This document shows positions 1 through 8,463 of a stretch of 20,975 nucleotides of DNA, in pieces. The DNA is taken from positions 1 to 20,975 of the forward strand of contig JAYGFR010000310.1 of the NCBI GenBank assembly GCA_046581755.1, written 5' to 3'. Below the pieces are notes generated by a model. The model did not search any database and was not told the DNA's origin. It saw only the letters and a list, made by a program, of their open reading frames with translations. Every line of letters begins with the position of its first letter. The stretch's first letter is position 1. This stretch comes from Nitrospinota bacterium (lineage in GTDB: Bacteria > UBA8248). Made by a program: the position numbers and the translations under genes.

Positions 1-127
1 AGTAAACATACTGAGACTCACTTGACCCGTCAATACCCGAAATGGGCCCGTCTTTACTGGGGATGAAGAAGTGGGACATACTGCCGAAACCGTTGCGTTC
101 CGCCGGCTGACCAACGCATGAGGAATT

Positions 128-1357
128 TTGTCCGTGTCCACCCCAACCTGGGATGTCATCGTCATCGGGGCCGGCATCATCGGCCTCTCCTCGGCGATGG
201 AGATATCCCGCCGCCACCCCGGAAAGCGCGTCCTCATCCTCGAAAAGGAAGACCGGCCCGGACTCCATCAATCCGGGCACAACAGCGGTGTCATCCACGC
301 CGGGCTCTACTACCGCCCCGACTCCCTGAAGGCGCAGATCTGCGGCCAAGGCGCGCAATCGATGGTGGCCTTCGCCGAGGAGCACGGCATCGACTATCAA
401 ATCTGCGGAAAAGTCGTCGTCGCCACGGGCGGAGAGGAAATCCCCCGCCTCGAAGAGCTCCACCGCCGGGGAACGGCCAACGGAATCCAGGGCATGAAAA
501 TGATAGGGCCCAGCCAGCTTCGTGACATCGAGCCGCACGCCCATGGCGTCAAGGCGCTTTGGGTCCCCTCGACCGGCATCATCGACTTCCCGGCCGTCGT
601 CAGGACCTATGCCCGCATCGTCGAGGATGCGGGCCAGGACATCCGCCTGGGCGCCCAGGTGACCGGAATCGAGAAGCGCGGCGGGGAAGTCACCGTCGAA
701 ACGACGGCAGGGGATTTTTCGGGAAGATTCATCGTGAATTGCGCCGGCCTGCACGCCGACCGGGTCGCGCGCCTGGCTGGAGGGGAAATTCCATTGCGCA
801 TCATCCCCTTCCGGGGGGAGTACTACGAGCTGCGCCCGGAGAAACGCGACCTCGTCCACTCTCTCATCTACCCGGTGCCCGACCCGGATTTTCCATTCCT
901 GGGGGTGCACTTCACCCGCCGGATTGACGGAACCGTCGAGGCTGGGCCCAACGCAGTCCTCGCCTTCATGCGCGAGGGGTACACCAAAACCAGTGCGGAC
1001 CCGGCAGACATCCTCGATACACTTTCTTATCCCGGCTTCTGGCGGCTATCCCGGAAATACTGGAAGGTCGGGTTCGGCGAGATGGTTCGCTCCCTCAGCA
1101 AAAGCGCCTTCACCCGGTCTCTTCAAAAACTCATGCCCGACATCCGGGAAAGCGATCTGGTTCCCGGCGGTGCGGGCGTCCGGGCACAGGCAGTGGACAC
1201 GGAAGGGAGGCTGGTGGACGACTTCGCCATCGTCCAGACGGAAGGGGCAATCCATGTGTGCAGCGCGCCCTCGCCGGGCGCAACCGCATCGCTCATGATC
1301 GGAAAAAGGATCGCCGACATGGCCGAGGAGGCATACCCGGCGCTGGCGGGCGCCTAG
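128..1357 (+). CDS. lhgO: L-2-hydroxyglutarate oxidase (FAD-dependent, DAO family)
   Basis: 409-aa ORF with Rossmann motif VIVIGAGIIG and family motifs HQSGHNSGVIHAGLYY, NCAGLHADRVA, IYPVPDPDFPFLGVHFT, GAGVRAQA, APSPGATAS. TTG start at 128 after GAGGA; GTG at 134 is an alternative. Confidence 0.9.
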   Translation: MSVSTPTWDVIVIGAGIIGLSSAMEISRRHPGKRVLILEKEDRPGLHQSGHNSGVIHAGLYYRPDSLKAQICGQGAQSMVAFAEEHGIDYQICGKVVVATGGEEIPRLEELHRRGTANGIQGMKMIGPSQLRDIEPHAHGVKALWVPSTGIIDFPAVVRTYARIVEDAGQDIRLGAQVTGIEKRGGEVTVETTAGDFSGRFIVNCAGLHADRVARLAGGEIPLRIIPFRGEYYELRPEKRDLVHSLIYPVPDPDFPFLGVHFTRRIDGTVEAGPNAVLAFMREGYTKTSADPADILDTLSYPGFWRLSRKYWKVGFGEMVRSLSKSAFTRSLQKLMPDIRESDLVPGGAGVRAQAVDTEGRLVDDFAIVQTEGAIHVCSAPSPGATASLMIGKRIADMAEEAYPALAGA

Positions 1358-1363
1358 CGCCTT

Positions 1364-2347
1364 TTAGCGGGGCCCCAAAGCGGGAAGCTTGCCCGCCAGC
1401 AGGGTGGACACCGTTTCGTCCGTCACGTTGCCGCCCGTGATCAAGGCAACCGTCCGCCCGCCTCCCGTCCGGTCGTTCATCCACGCCGCGACGGAAACCG
1501 CGCCGGCGGGCTCGGCGAGAATCTTGGCCCTTTTCACCAGCAGCCGGAAAGCCTCGGCGATCTCCTCCTCGCTCACAAGAACCACATCGTCCACGCGCTC
1601 CTGAATATGGGCGAAGGGAAAATCCCCGGGGCGGGTGGCGGACAAACCGTCCGCCATGCTCTCCCACCGGTCGAGCGATACCGGCTCCTTTGCCTGGAGG
1701 GAACGATAGATCGCCGCGCCGCCCTCGGGATTCACCCCCACGACCCGGACGCTGGGATTGCGCAACTTGATCGCGCTGGCCACCCCCGAGATCAGACCGC
1801 CCGAGCTGCATGGAACGATGACGGTCTCGACATCGGGCATATCGTCGAGTATCTCCATTCCGATGCTGGAATGGCCGATCGATACGCGGCGGTCCTCGGC
1901 GGTGTTGATCGCCAGCAACCCCTGCTCGCGGGCCACCTTTTCCATCATCGGCTTGCGGGCCAGATAGTCGTTCTCGCAAAAAATGATTTCGGTCCCGTAT
2001 CCGCGAACAGCCTCGATCTTGTATGGGTTCGCGTTCTCCATCATCACCACGACCACCGGGATGCCAAGACGTTTCCCCGCATAGGCGAACGCCTGGGCAA
2101 AGTTGCCCGACGAGCTTATCACGATCCCCCGGGCACGCTCCTTGGGCGACAGCGAACCGAGAATATAAAACGCGGCGCGGGGCTTGTATGCGCCCGTGAC
2201 TTGGAGATTCTCCAGCTTGAGATGCACCTGCTCGGCCCCGACCTCGCCAGAATCCCGCGAGAGCGGAACCATCGGCGTCCACCGGATTTCGGGCGGCAAA
2301 TTCGCCCGCGCCTCTTCGATTTCCTTTAAGGTGATGAGATCCGTCAT
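1364..2347 (-). CDS. PLP-dependent threonine/serine dehydratase-family protein (fold type II, no ACT domain)
   Basis: Start reassigned to ATG at 2347 (MTDLITLKEIEEAR, GGAG upstream) inside the 483-aa ORF. Motifs HLKLENLQVTGAYKPRAA (PLP Lys), SSGNFAQA, GGLISGVA, LAEPAGAVSVAA, LITGGNV. Confidence 0.88.
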   Translation of the reverse strand: MTDLITLKEIEEARANLPPEIRWTPMVPLSRDSGEVGAEQVHLKLENLQVTGAYKPRAAFYILGSLSPKERARGIVISSSGNFAQAFAYAGKRLGIPVVVVMMENANPYKIEAVRGYGTEIIFCENDYLARKPMMEKVAREQGLLAINTAEDRRVSIGHSSIGMEILDDMPDVETVIVPCSSGGLISGVASAIKLRNPSVRVVGVNPEGGAAIYRSLQAKEPVSLDRWESMADGLSATRPGDFPFAHIQERVDDVVLVSEEEIAEAFRLLVKRAKILAEPAGAVSVAAWMNDRTGGGRTVALITGGNVTDETVSTLLAGKLPALGPR

Positions 2348-2412
2348 CGATTCTGTATCTCCCTGTTTTCGATCCTGGCCCCGGAACGACACGCCCCGGA
2401 GCCGCCGAACGC

Positions 2413-3078
2413 TCAGACCTTGGGCCGGTAACTGCTCTCGGACGGGTCGGGTTTCGTCCAGGGCCGGAGAAGCTTTCCCTCCCGGTAGGCGCCCTCGAAG
2501 GGGCCTTTTTCGGTCAGCACGACCAGCGGCTTCTTCCGGCGGCTCATGAGGTTCCGGTAGATCCGGCTCTGCTCCATATAGAGTTCTTTTTCGCTCGGAA
2601 GCATCTTGAAGAATTTTTCGATGAAACGCATATACTGGCGAACAAACTCTTTCGTCACGATCTGGGGGCGGTCCACCAGATAGCACTTGTCCTCGATCAC
2701 CCGGTTGTACACCAGGCCCAGCAGATTTCCCCTCGTGTCGAGGTAGGGTTCGAACGGAAACGTCCGGCAGGAGATCGACCGGTTTTCCCGCTCGCAATAT
2801 TTGACCCCCTTGCATTCGATGAAAACGCTTTCGTCCTCGTCGATTTCGTCGATCAGGTCGAACTCATCGGAGTTGCGGGGCCGGAACTCGTGCCAGAGGT
2901 TCGTCTTCTTCTCGAGATACTTCCACTCGTCCTTGAACGCGATGGGCACCACCCACCCCGTATCGCAGCAGAACGGTTCCCCGTCGTTGAAGGGAGCGCA
3001 TTTTTTTCCGCAATCGAACGTCGCGGGGGCGCTTTGAAATTCACGGTACAAAACCGTGAAATCGTCGGGTTTCAACAT
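2413..3078 (-). CDS. Cys-cluster hypothetical protein, YkgJ/CxxCxxCC-like (putative Zn or Fe-S binding)
   Basis: 221 aa with GGAG RBS. Eight Cys: CGKKC-x9-CC, CKGVKYC, RSISCRTFPF, KCY. The R-x3-CR-x-FP pattern resembles YkgJ-family proteins. Confidence 0.6.
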   Translation of the reverse strand: MLKPDDFTVLYREFQSAPATFDCGKKCAPFNDGEPFCCDTGWVVPIAFKDEWKYLEKKTNLWHEFRPRNSDEFDLIDEIDEDESVFIECKGVKYCERENRSISCRTFPFEPYLDTRGNLLGLVYNRVIEDKCYLVDRPQIVTKEFVRQYMRFIEKFFKMLPSEKELYMEQSRIYRNLMSRRKKPLVVLTEKGPFEGAYREGKLLRPWTKPDPSESSYRPKV

Positions 3079-3160
3079 GGTCTAACTCCATCGCGCCGGA
3101 GATTCCTCCGGCGCACTTGGAACAGGGCGAATTCGAACGAGGCTTTATCTGGCCGAAGCC

Positions 3161-4072
3161 TCAGTCCGTCGAAAAAATGCCCGGCGCAAGGCTCTCTCCC
3201 GCCTCGGCCACGGCAACGCCGGCGAGAATGAGCGCCGCTCCCGCCAACCCGGACGGGCCGGGGAACTCTCCAAGCAACAGTGCCCCGAACCCCAGCGCGA
3301 ACAGGGGCTCGGTCAAAATCCAGAGCGCGGCGCGGGCAGGCTCCAGGCGGCGCTGGGCCCAGGTCTGAAGAAAAAATGCGCCCGCCGTCGCCAGCACCCC
3401 CGTCACGGCGAGCGCAACCGTCAGACGCGCGCTCCAGCGAACGGGGCCTCCCCAAACGAGGCCCGCCGCCATGGCCAGCGCCGCCGCGGTCATGAGCTGG
3501 ACCAAAAAGAAAGTGAGCGAATCCATCCGCATTCCGCCGCGGCCCAGCAAAACGATATGAAGGGCAAACAAGACCGCACAAACAAGCGTCAGCAAATCAC
3601 CGCGTCCAGCCCCCGCCGGACCCGCGCCCGTCAGCCAATAGAGGCCGGCGGCGGCCACCAGAGCGCCCGCCGCGTGCCTGCGCCGGGGGGGCTCTCCTCC
3701 CGCCCAAAGCAGAAACGGGACCATTACCACGCAAAGTCCGGTGATGAAGGCCGAGTTGGCCGCCGTCGCCGTCCTCAGGCCCAGCGTTTGAAATAAAAAG
3801 CCGCCATAAAGCGAAGCGCCTGCGGCGGCGGCCAACCACCAATCGCGCAGGCACAACCCACCGAACGCGGGACGGAACGCCGGCCTGGCGGCGAAAAGCG
3901 AAAACGCCCCGAGAGCCACGGCGAAGCGGAGACCCAAAAAAGAGAGCGCTCCGGCGTCCGTCAGGGCGGTTTTGACGAGAGAAAATGTCAGGCCCCAGAC
4001 CAAGGCCGCCGCCAGCAACGCGGCAATCGGAAGATTTGGACTCCGCAAAAATCCGCTCCCCGCCCGGCGCAT
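3161..4072 (-). CDS. DMT superfamily (EamA) transporter
   Basis: 303 aa, about 10 hydrophobic segments, motifs LVWGLTF, LRFAVA, QTLGLRTATAANSAFITGL, GDLLTL, LTEPLFA. Confidence 0.88.
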   Translation of the reverse strand: MRRAGSGFLRSPNLPIAALLAAALVWGLTFSLVKTALTDAGALSFLGLRFAVALGAFSLFAARPAFRPAFGGLCLRDWWLAAAAGASLYGGFLFQTLGLRTATAANSAFITGLCVVMVPFLLWAGGEPPRRRHAAGALVAAAGLYWLTGAGPAGAGRGDLLTLVCAVLFALHIVLLGRGGMRMDSLTFFLVQLMTAAALAMAAGLVWGGPVRWSARLTVALAVTGVLATAGAFFLQTWAQRRLEPARAALWILTEPLFALGFGALLLGEFPGPSGLAGAALILAGVAVAEAGESLAPGIFSTD

Positions 4073-4260
4073 CGCCCGCGCCGCCGTCCGCCCGGAGGAG
4101 ATTCGGCGCGGTTCGACTTTATCCCATACGTCCGAAAATGCCCGGAGATATTACCACAAGGGCCGGGCCGCATCGCGGCCAATCCGCCAATTTCATAAAT
4201 ACGGGAGGGACACCCCGCCGGGAAACCCGCTCAAGCGGAAGGCCATATCAGGCGGGTATC

Positions 4261-5781
4261 TCACCTCTCGGGCAGCGGCTCAGGAAGCGAAAGCGCCCGG
4301 GCCACGGAGACCGCCCCCTGCAACGCGATTAACCCGCAAATATCGACTTCGCTGGCATCCAATTCGCGGGGTTGATTAAAATAGAGCGCCATCAGGCCGA
4401 CAATCCGCTCTCCAGCCCACATCGGGAAAACCGCCACCGCTCCGATTCCCTCCTCTTTCAGAACATCGGGGGCATCCTCCCAGTCGGCGACGGCGGGCAC
4501 CTCAACGAGTTCTCTTTTCTGCAAGGCGATTTGCTCGGGAAGATCCTGGGAGCCGATGGCGACAGCGGCCCGGAATCCATCCCCCAGATTCGAGCAGGTT
4601 ATCTCGAACAACTGTCCCAGGTCGTCATCGTACACAGCCGCGAAAAAGCGATCGGCGCCCACGAAACGCGCCGCCTCTTCGGTCCCGTAGGAGATCACGT
4701 CCTTGAAATGATCTCCCCGGGCCACCGATTTGCTGAGCCGGTTCAGCACGACAAACGGCGTATTTTCCGGCAGCGGCCCGAGATCCACGGCCGGCTGTTC
4801 GGGGGGGGATGTCTCTTCCGTCCTGCCGGTTCCCGAGGACTTCCCCAATAAGGCGAAGATTCCCACCAGCAACGCCCAGCCGGCCGCCATGCCTCCGGCC
4901 AGGAAACGCTCGGCCCGTTTGAGGGATGCCACCGCAAGCTCCCGGTCGGCGACGCGGATAAGGCGGAATTTTCTCGTTCCGCCGGGAATTTCCATTTCCA
5001 CCATCCAGCGCCTCCCCTCGCTGACGATGTTGAATGCCGCGGGATCGCAACAAACGGAAATCCCCAGCCGGGGCCCGAGCTCTTTATCGAAAGACACCCC
5101 GACGGTGTCATGGAGAAATTCGGTTCCTCTCCGGGCAAAGAGTACGGTTTGCTCCGGAACGGTCAGCACAAAAACGCTATCGCCGGGGCCGTTCTCCTCC
5201 GGCCCAATGGAAAATAATTTTTCAGCGGCCAGAATAAGGCCCCAATAACCCCTGGTGGACAGCGATGGGGCCACGACAAACAACGCCGGAATTCCCCCGA
5301 GGGAACCTACCTCGACATGAAAACGCTCTTCCTGCCGGTTTTTTAAACCGGTCCGCAAGGCCGCCACCGCGCGGCTCCAGCTTCGCCTTTCCAAATTCCC
5401 CGGCGGGGGAACCCCTCCCTTTCGCCGGAAAGCGAGAATATTGGCGCGCTCGTCCAACACCACGGCGGCGGAGCTGGCGACGTTTTTATCTGCCCGGTTT
5501 ACAGCGAAGACAAGCGCCCGGGTGGCGGTCGCCGCGCTGGGGGGTGTGGAGGCTATGAGAAGCTCCGCGCCTTGAATTCGGGACAAAACCACCCGGAACT
5601 GGGTATCGATTCTTCCCTTGAAAACACGGAGGAGGTGTAATTCGCTCTTTTCGCTGCTCGACAGATGGGCGGTGCGAATGGCCTCCCTCACCCAGACAAA
5701 CGCAGCCGAGGCGATCAAGGCGGAAACCAGGGCAAATACAAGAAAACGCAAGCGCAAGGAAGATGAATTGAACATACTCAT
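4261..5781 (-). CDS. Membrane protein with extracytoplasmic domain and C-terminal GAF domain
   Basis: N-terminal TM (FLVFALVSALIASAAFVWV), about 260-aa intervening domain, second TM (FLAGGMAAGWALLVGIFALLG), then GAF-like region (GIGAVAVFPMWAGERIVGLMALYFNQPRELDASEV) and stop. Confidence 0.7.
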   Translation of the reverse strand: MSMFNSSSLRLRFLVFALVSALIASAAFVWVREAIRTAHLSSSEKSELHLLRVFKGRIDTQFRVVLSRIQGAELLIASTPPSAATATRALVFAVNRADKNVASSAAVVLDERANILAFRRKGGVPPPGNLERRSWSRAVAALRTGLKNRQEERFHVEVGSLGGIPALFVVAPSLSTRGYWGLILAAEKLFSIGPEENGPGDSVFVLTVPEQTVLFARRGTEFLHDTVGVSFDKELGPRLGISVCCDPAAFNIVSEGRRWMVEMEIPGGTRKFRLIRVADRELAVASLKRAERFLAGGMAAGWALLVGIFALLGKSSGTGRTEETSPPEQPAVDLGPLPENTPFVVLNRLSKSVARGDHFKDVISYGTEEAARFVGADRFFAAVYDDDLGQLFEITCSNLGDGFRAAVAIGSQDLPEQIALQKRELVEVPAVADWEDAPDVLKEEGIGAVAVFPMWAGERIVGLMALYFNQPRELDASEVDICGLIALQGAVSVARALSLPEPLPER

Positions 5782-5919
5782 GACAGCGGCCGGAGCCCCC
5801 GCTGAAGTGCAGAGCGATCAGGGCGAAGGGACAGAAGCACTTTACCTGCTAGAGCGAATAGCGGCAATAGGGCGTCATCATCCGATTTTACGGCAAATGC
5901 GGCCAGCCGGGGCCAATCA

Positions 5920-6936
5920 TCAACCGGCCGCGGGGGCGCCTGATTTCGACGCGCCGAAAATCTTATCGGCGAAATGGCAGGCGGTGAGATGGCCGCTCGA
6001 TATGACTTTAAGGGAGGGCGAATCGGTGGAGCATATGTCCTCCTTGTAGGGACAACGCGTATGGAACCGGCACCCCGAAGGCGGATTGACCGGGCTGGGA
6101 ACATCCCCCCGGAGAATGATCCGTCCCTTTTTCTTCGTGGCAACCGGATCGGGGACAGGAACCGCCGAAAGCAAAGCCTCAGTATATGGGTGGCGCGGCG
6201 ACATGATCAGCTCGTCCGCATCGGCGATTTCGACGAGTTCCCCCAGATACATCACCGCGATGCGGTCGCAAATGTGCTGGATAACCGACAGGTCATGGGA
6301 TATGACCATATAGGCGATTCCAAATTCCTTCTGGAGATCCTGGAGAAGGTTTATCACCTGGGCCTGGATGGAAACGTCCAGGGCGCTGACCGGCTCATCG
6401 GCGATGATCAGATTGGGATTCAGGGCCAAGGCCCGAGCGATGCCAATGCGCTGGCGCTGGCCGCCGGAGAATTCATGCGGATACCGGCGCATATGCTCCG
6501 CTCGAAGGCCCACGCGCTCAAGAATCTTGACCACCTGGTCCTCGCGTTCTTTTCCCTTCGAGATCCGGTGAATGGTCAGGGGCTCGCCCACAATGCTTCC
6601 AACCGTCATTCGTGGGTTCAGCGAGGCATAGGGGTCCTGGAAGATAATCTGCATCTCCCGGCGCAGTTTCCGCATCTCTTCGCGGTCGATTTCGAGGATA
6701 TTGGTCCCCTTATAAATCACTTCCCCCGAAGTGGGCTCAATCAAGCGCAGGATCGCCCGGCCGGCCGTGGACTTGCCGCATCCGCTTTCGCCGACGATGC
6801 CAAGCGTTTCGCCCTCATCGATGTCGAAACTGATGCCGTCCACGGCGCGGACATAGGAGTGCACCTTGGAAAAAACGCCGCCTCGAAGCGGAAAATGCTT
6901 CACCAAATTCTTCACTTCCAATAGCTTTTCAGCCAT
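5920..6936 (-). CDS. Oligopeptide/dipeptide ABC transporter ATP-binding protein (OppF/DppF/AppF type)
   Basis: Start reassigned to ATG at 6936 ([16 protein letters not shown]). Walker [10 protein letters not shown]-loop [11 protein letters not shown], signature [15 protein letters not shown], Walker [15 protein letters not shown] and Cys-rich C-terminus GCRFHTRCP...ACH. Confidence 0.93.
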   Translation of the reverse strand: MAEKLLEVKNLVKHFPLRGGVFSKVHSYVRAVDGISFDIDEGETLGIVGESGCGKSTAGRAILRLIEPTSGEVIYKGTNILEIDREEMRKLRREMQIIFQDPYASLNPRMTVGSIVGEPLTIHRISKGKEREDQVVKILERVGLRAEHMRRYPHEFSGGQRQRIGIARALALNPNLIIADEPVSALDVSIQAQVINLLQDLQKEFGIAYMVISHDLSVIQHICDRIAVMYLGELVEIADADELIMSPRHPYTEALLSAVPVPDPVATKKKGRIILRGDVPSPVNPPSGCRFHTRCPYKEDICSTDSPSLKVISSGHLTACHFADKIFGASKSGAPAAG

Positions 6937-7120
6937 AGAGAACTTTCCTGGTTGGAGGGATAAGATGAAATTTCTGTCCCTTTTTCTACCAAATTGGCGA
7001 TTAGAATGCCACCAAGACAATTCTATGAATTTTGAAGATTCGGCTGAAGGAGGAAAATAATGCTCACCTCGGACCTTTTCGGGTAGATCGGAAGGCCCGA
7101 CCGAAATTGCGGAATTCTCG

Positions 7121-7133
7121 CAACCGATTGATT
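7121..7133 (-). promoter_or_regulatory. IHF binding site consensus
   Basis: Minus strand reads AATCAATCGGTTG, an exact match to WATCAANNNNTTR, 30 bp upstream of a sigma54-type element. Confidence 0.6.
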
Positions 7134-7162
7134 TGCAACGCAAATCATCATTTCCCTCATTG

Positions 7163-7178
7163 CGGCACACTCCTTGCT
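7163..7178 (+). promoter_or_regulatory. Putative sigma54 (-24/-12) promoter for the 7313 gene
   Basis: CGGCACACTCCTTGCT has GG-N10-GC spacing and closely matches TGGCACG-N4-TTGCW; intergenic and oriented toward the CDS at 7313. Confidence 0.65.
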
Positions 7179-7312
7179 TTAACCTGTAGTGCACGGTAGG
7201 GCGGGAAACGTCCCGCTGGCCCGAATATCTCCTTTGCGGATGGTATGGGGCCCGGTTAGAATTCGCTGAGTATTTTAGAAGCGCAATATACGATGGACGG
7301 GAGGCCCCGATC

Positions 7313-7783
7313 ATGTCTGACATTCAATCAATTCAACCCGCTGGCGGCTCCGGCGGCATCGAGCCTGGCCGCACAGGCAAGCCCGACAAATCAAGCGAAG
7401 GACCTTCCTTCTCGGATGTCCTCGATAAAACCAAAAAGGTGGACAACGCCGGTCAGGTGGATGGGACCTCGAGGCTCGCCTCGCCGCATCCGCCGGCATA
7501 CATCGGCCCGGTCGATAAGGCGGAAGGCATCCAGGAGACGGTCCAGCGGTCGAGCGAGGAATTTTTCCGGCTTTTCGACAAATTCCAGAACGACCTGGGG
7601 AATTCGCAATCCTCCATGAAAGACATCGCGCCCTTGATACTTGACATGGAACGCTATCAGACCCAGGTGGCAAACGATATCAAATCGCTGCCCGAGGGCG
7701 ATCCGGGCAGAAGTATCCTCGAGGAAATGGCCGTCATGGTGACTGCCGAGGCCGCAAAATTTAATCGGGGCGAATACATTTAA
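7313..7783 (+). CDS. Hypothetical protein (low-complexity N-terminus, helical C-terminal domain ending KFNRGEYI)
   Basis: 156-aa ORF with GGGAGG RBS, ATG start, protein-like composition and a downstream intrinsic terminator. Confidence 0.8.
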   Translation: MSDIQSIQPAGGSGGIEPGRTGKPDKSSEGPSFSDVLDKTKKVDNAGQVDGTSRLASPHPPAYIGPVDKAEGIQETVQRSSEEFFRLFDKFQNDLGNSQSSMKDIAPLILDMERYQTQVANDIKSLPEGDPGRSILEEMAVMVTAEAAKFNRGEYI

Positions 7784-7803
7784 CCGGCTGAATCGCTATA
7801 CCG

Positions 7804-7836
7804 AGGGCCTCCCGCTTACGGGAGGTCCTTTTTTTT
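7804..7836 (+). terminator. Intrinsic (Rho-independent) terminator
   Basis: GGGCCTCCCG-CTTA-CGGGAGGTCC stem (one G-U pair) followed by T8, about 20 nt after the 7783 stop. Confidence 0.88.
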
Positions 7837-7859
7837 CTCGCCGTATGGGCGATGGGCAT

Positions 7860-7889
7860 TTGATCCGAAATTCCTCTTTTTGCTAAGTT
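7860..7889 (+). promoter_or_regulatory. Putative sigma70-type promoter
   Basis: TTGATC-N18-TAAGTT with an extended -10 TG, between the terminator and the 7972 start. Confidence 0.35.
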
Positions 7890-7971
7890 TCTCCAATCGA
7901 TTTCGCCGCTTCCCGAGGAGGCGGCGCAATATTCGGACAATGAAACCTTTTTTAATGCTTTGGAGGCCGTG

Positions 7972-8388
7972 ATGGCGGAAGAGGAAGAAGCAAAAACAGA
8001 AGAAGGCGAGGAAGCACCGCAAGAGAAAGCTCCCGAAGAATCCGGGGATGCCGGGGCCGAGGAGGATTTGCCAACGTTCACCGCCCGTGAAATCGAAAAG
8101 ATGAACATCACCAAGCTCAAAGAGGCGGCCCTTCAGTACATGGGGAAGATCGTCGGCGTCCACGGAATGGACAAAGGCCAGATCGTCCAAGCCCTCAAGG
8201 AGATCAACGGCATTTCGACCGAAAAATCCCGGAAAAAATCCAATGTCGACCGAAAAGCCATCAAGGCGCGGATCAAAGCCTTGCACAAGGAGCGCGACAC
8301 CGCCATCGAAGATAAAGACAGGGTCAAGCTCAAGCGTGCCCGCAAGCGCTTCAAGGCCCTGCGCCGGAAACTCATCCGCAGCGCCTGA
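7972..8388 (+). CDS. Small protein with Rho-N-terminal-like (helix-extension-helix) domain, acidic N-terminus and basic C-terminal helices
   Basis: ATG at 7972 after GGAGG. IEKMNITKLKEAA...IVGVHGMDKGQIVQAL resembles the Rho_N pattern; C-terminus is K/R-rich. No Rho ATPase domain. Confidence 0.7.
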   Translation: MAEEEEAKTEEGEEAPQEKAPEESGDAGAEEDLPTFTAREIEKMNITKLKEAALQYMGKIVGVHGMDKGQIVQALKEINGISTEKSRKKSNVDRKAIKARIKALHKERDTAIEDKDRVKLKRARKRFKALRRKLIRSA

Positions 8389-8463
8389 GTTCACATACAG
8401 GGCGGATACGAATTTACAGGCCCCGCCTGGAATAATTCCGTGCAGTGGGGGGATTATCCAAAT

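Noticed and set aside
22..33. Short palindrome TTGAC-CC-GTCAA upstream of lhgO
   Set aside because: Only 5-bp arms, at the window edge, and spacing does not fit FNR/CRP sites; cannot be told from chance.
2348..2815. N-terminal extension of the 483-aa ORF (1364..2815)
   Set aside because: Overlaps the Cys-cluster gene in another frame; dehydratase homology and an RBS begin at 2347.
5974..6924. 316-aa plus-strand ORF
   Set aside because: Antisense shadow of the ABC ATPase, expected in high-GC coding DNA.
6937..7323. N-terminal extension of the 467-aa ABC ATPase ORF
   Set aside because: Not protein-like, spans the promoter region and overlaps the divergent gene start; the family N-terminus begins at 6936.
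7972..8388. Calling this gene rho
   Set aside because: Only 138 aa with no RNA-binding OB fold or ATPase motifs.
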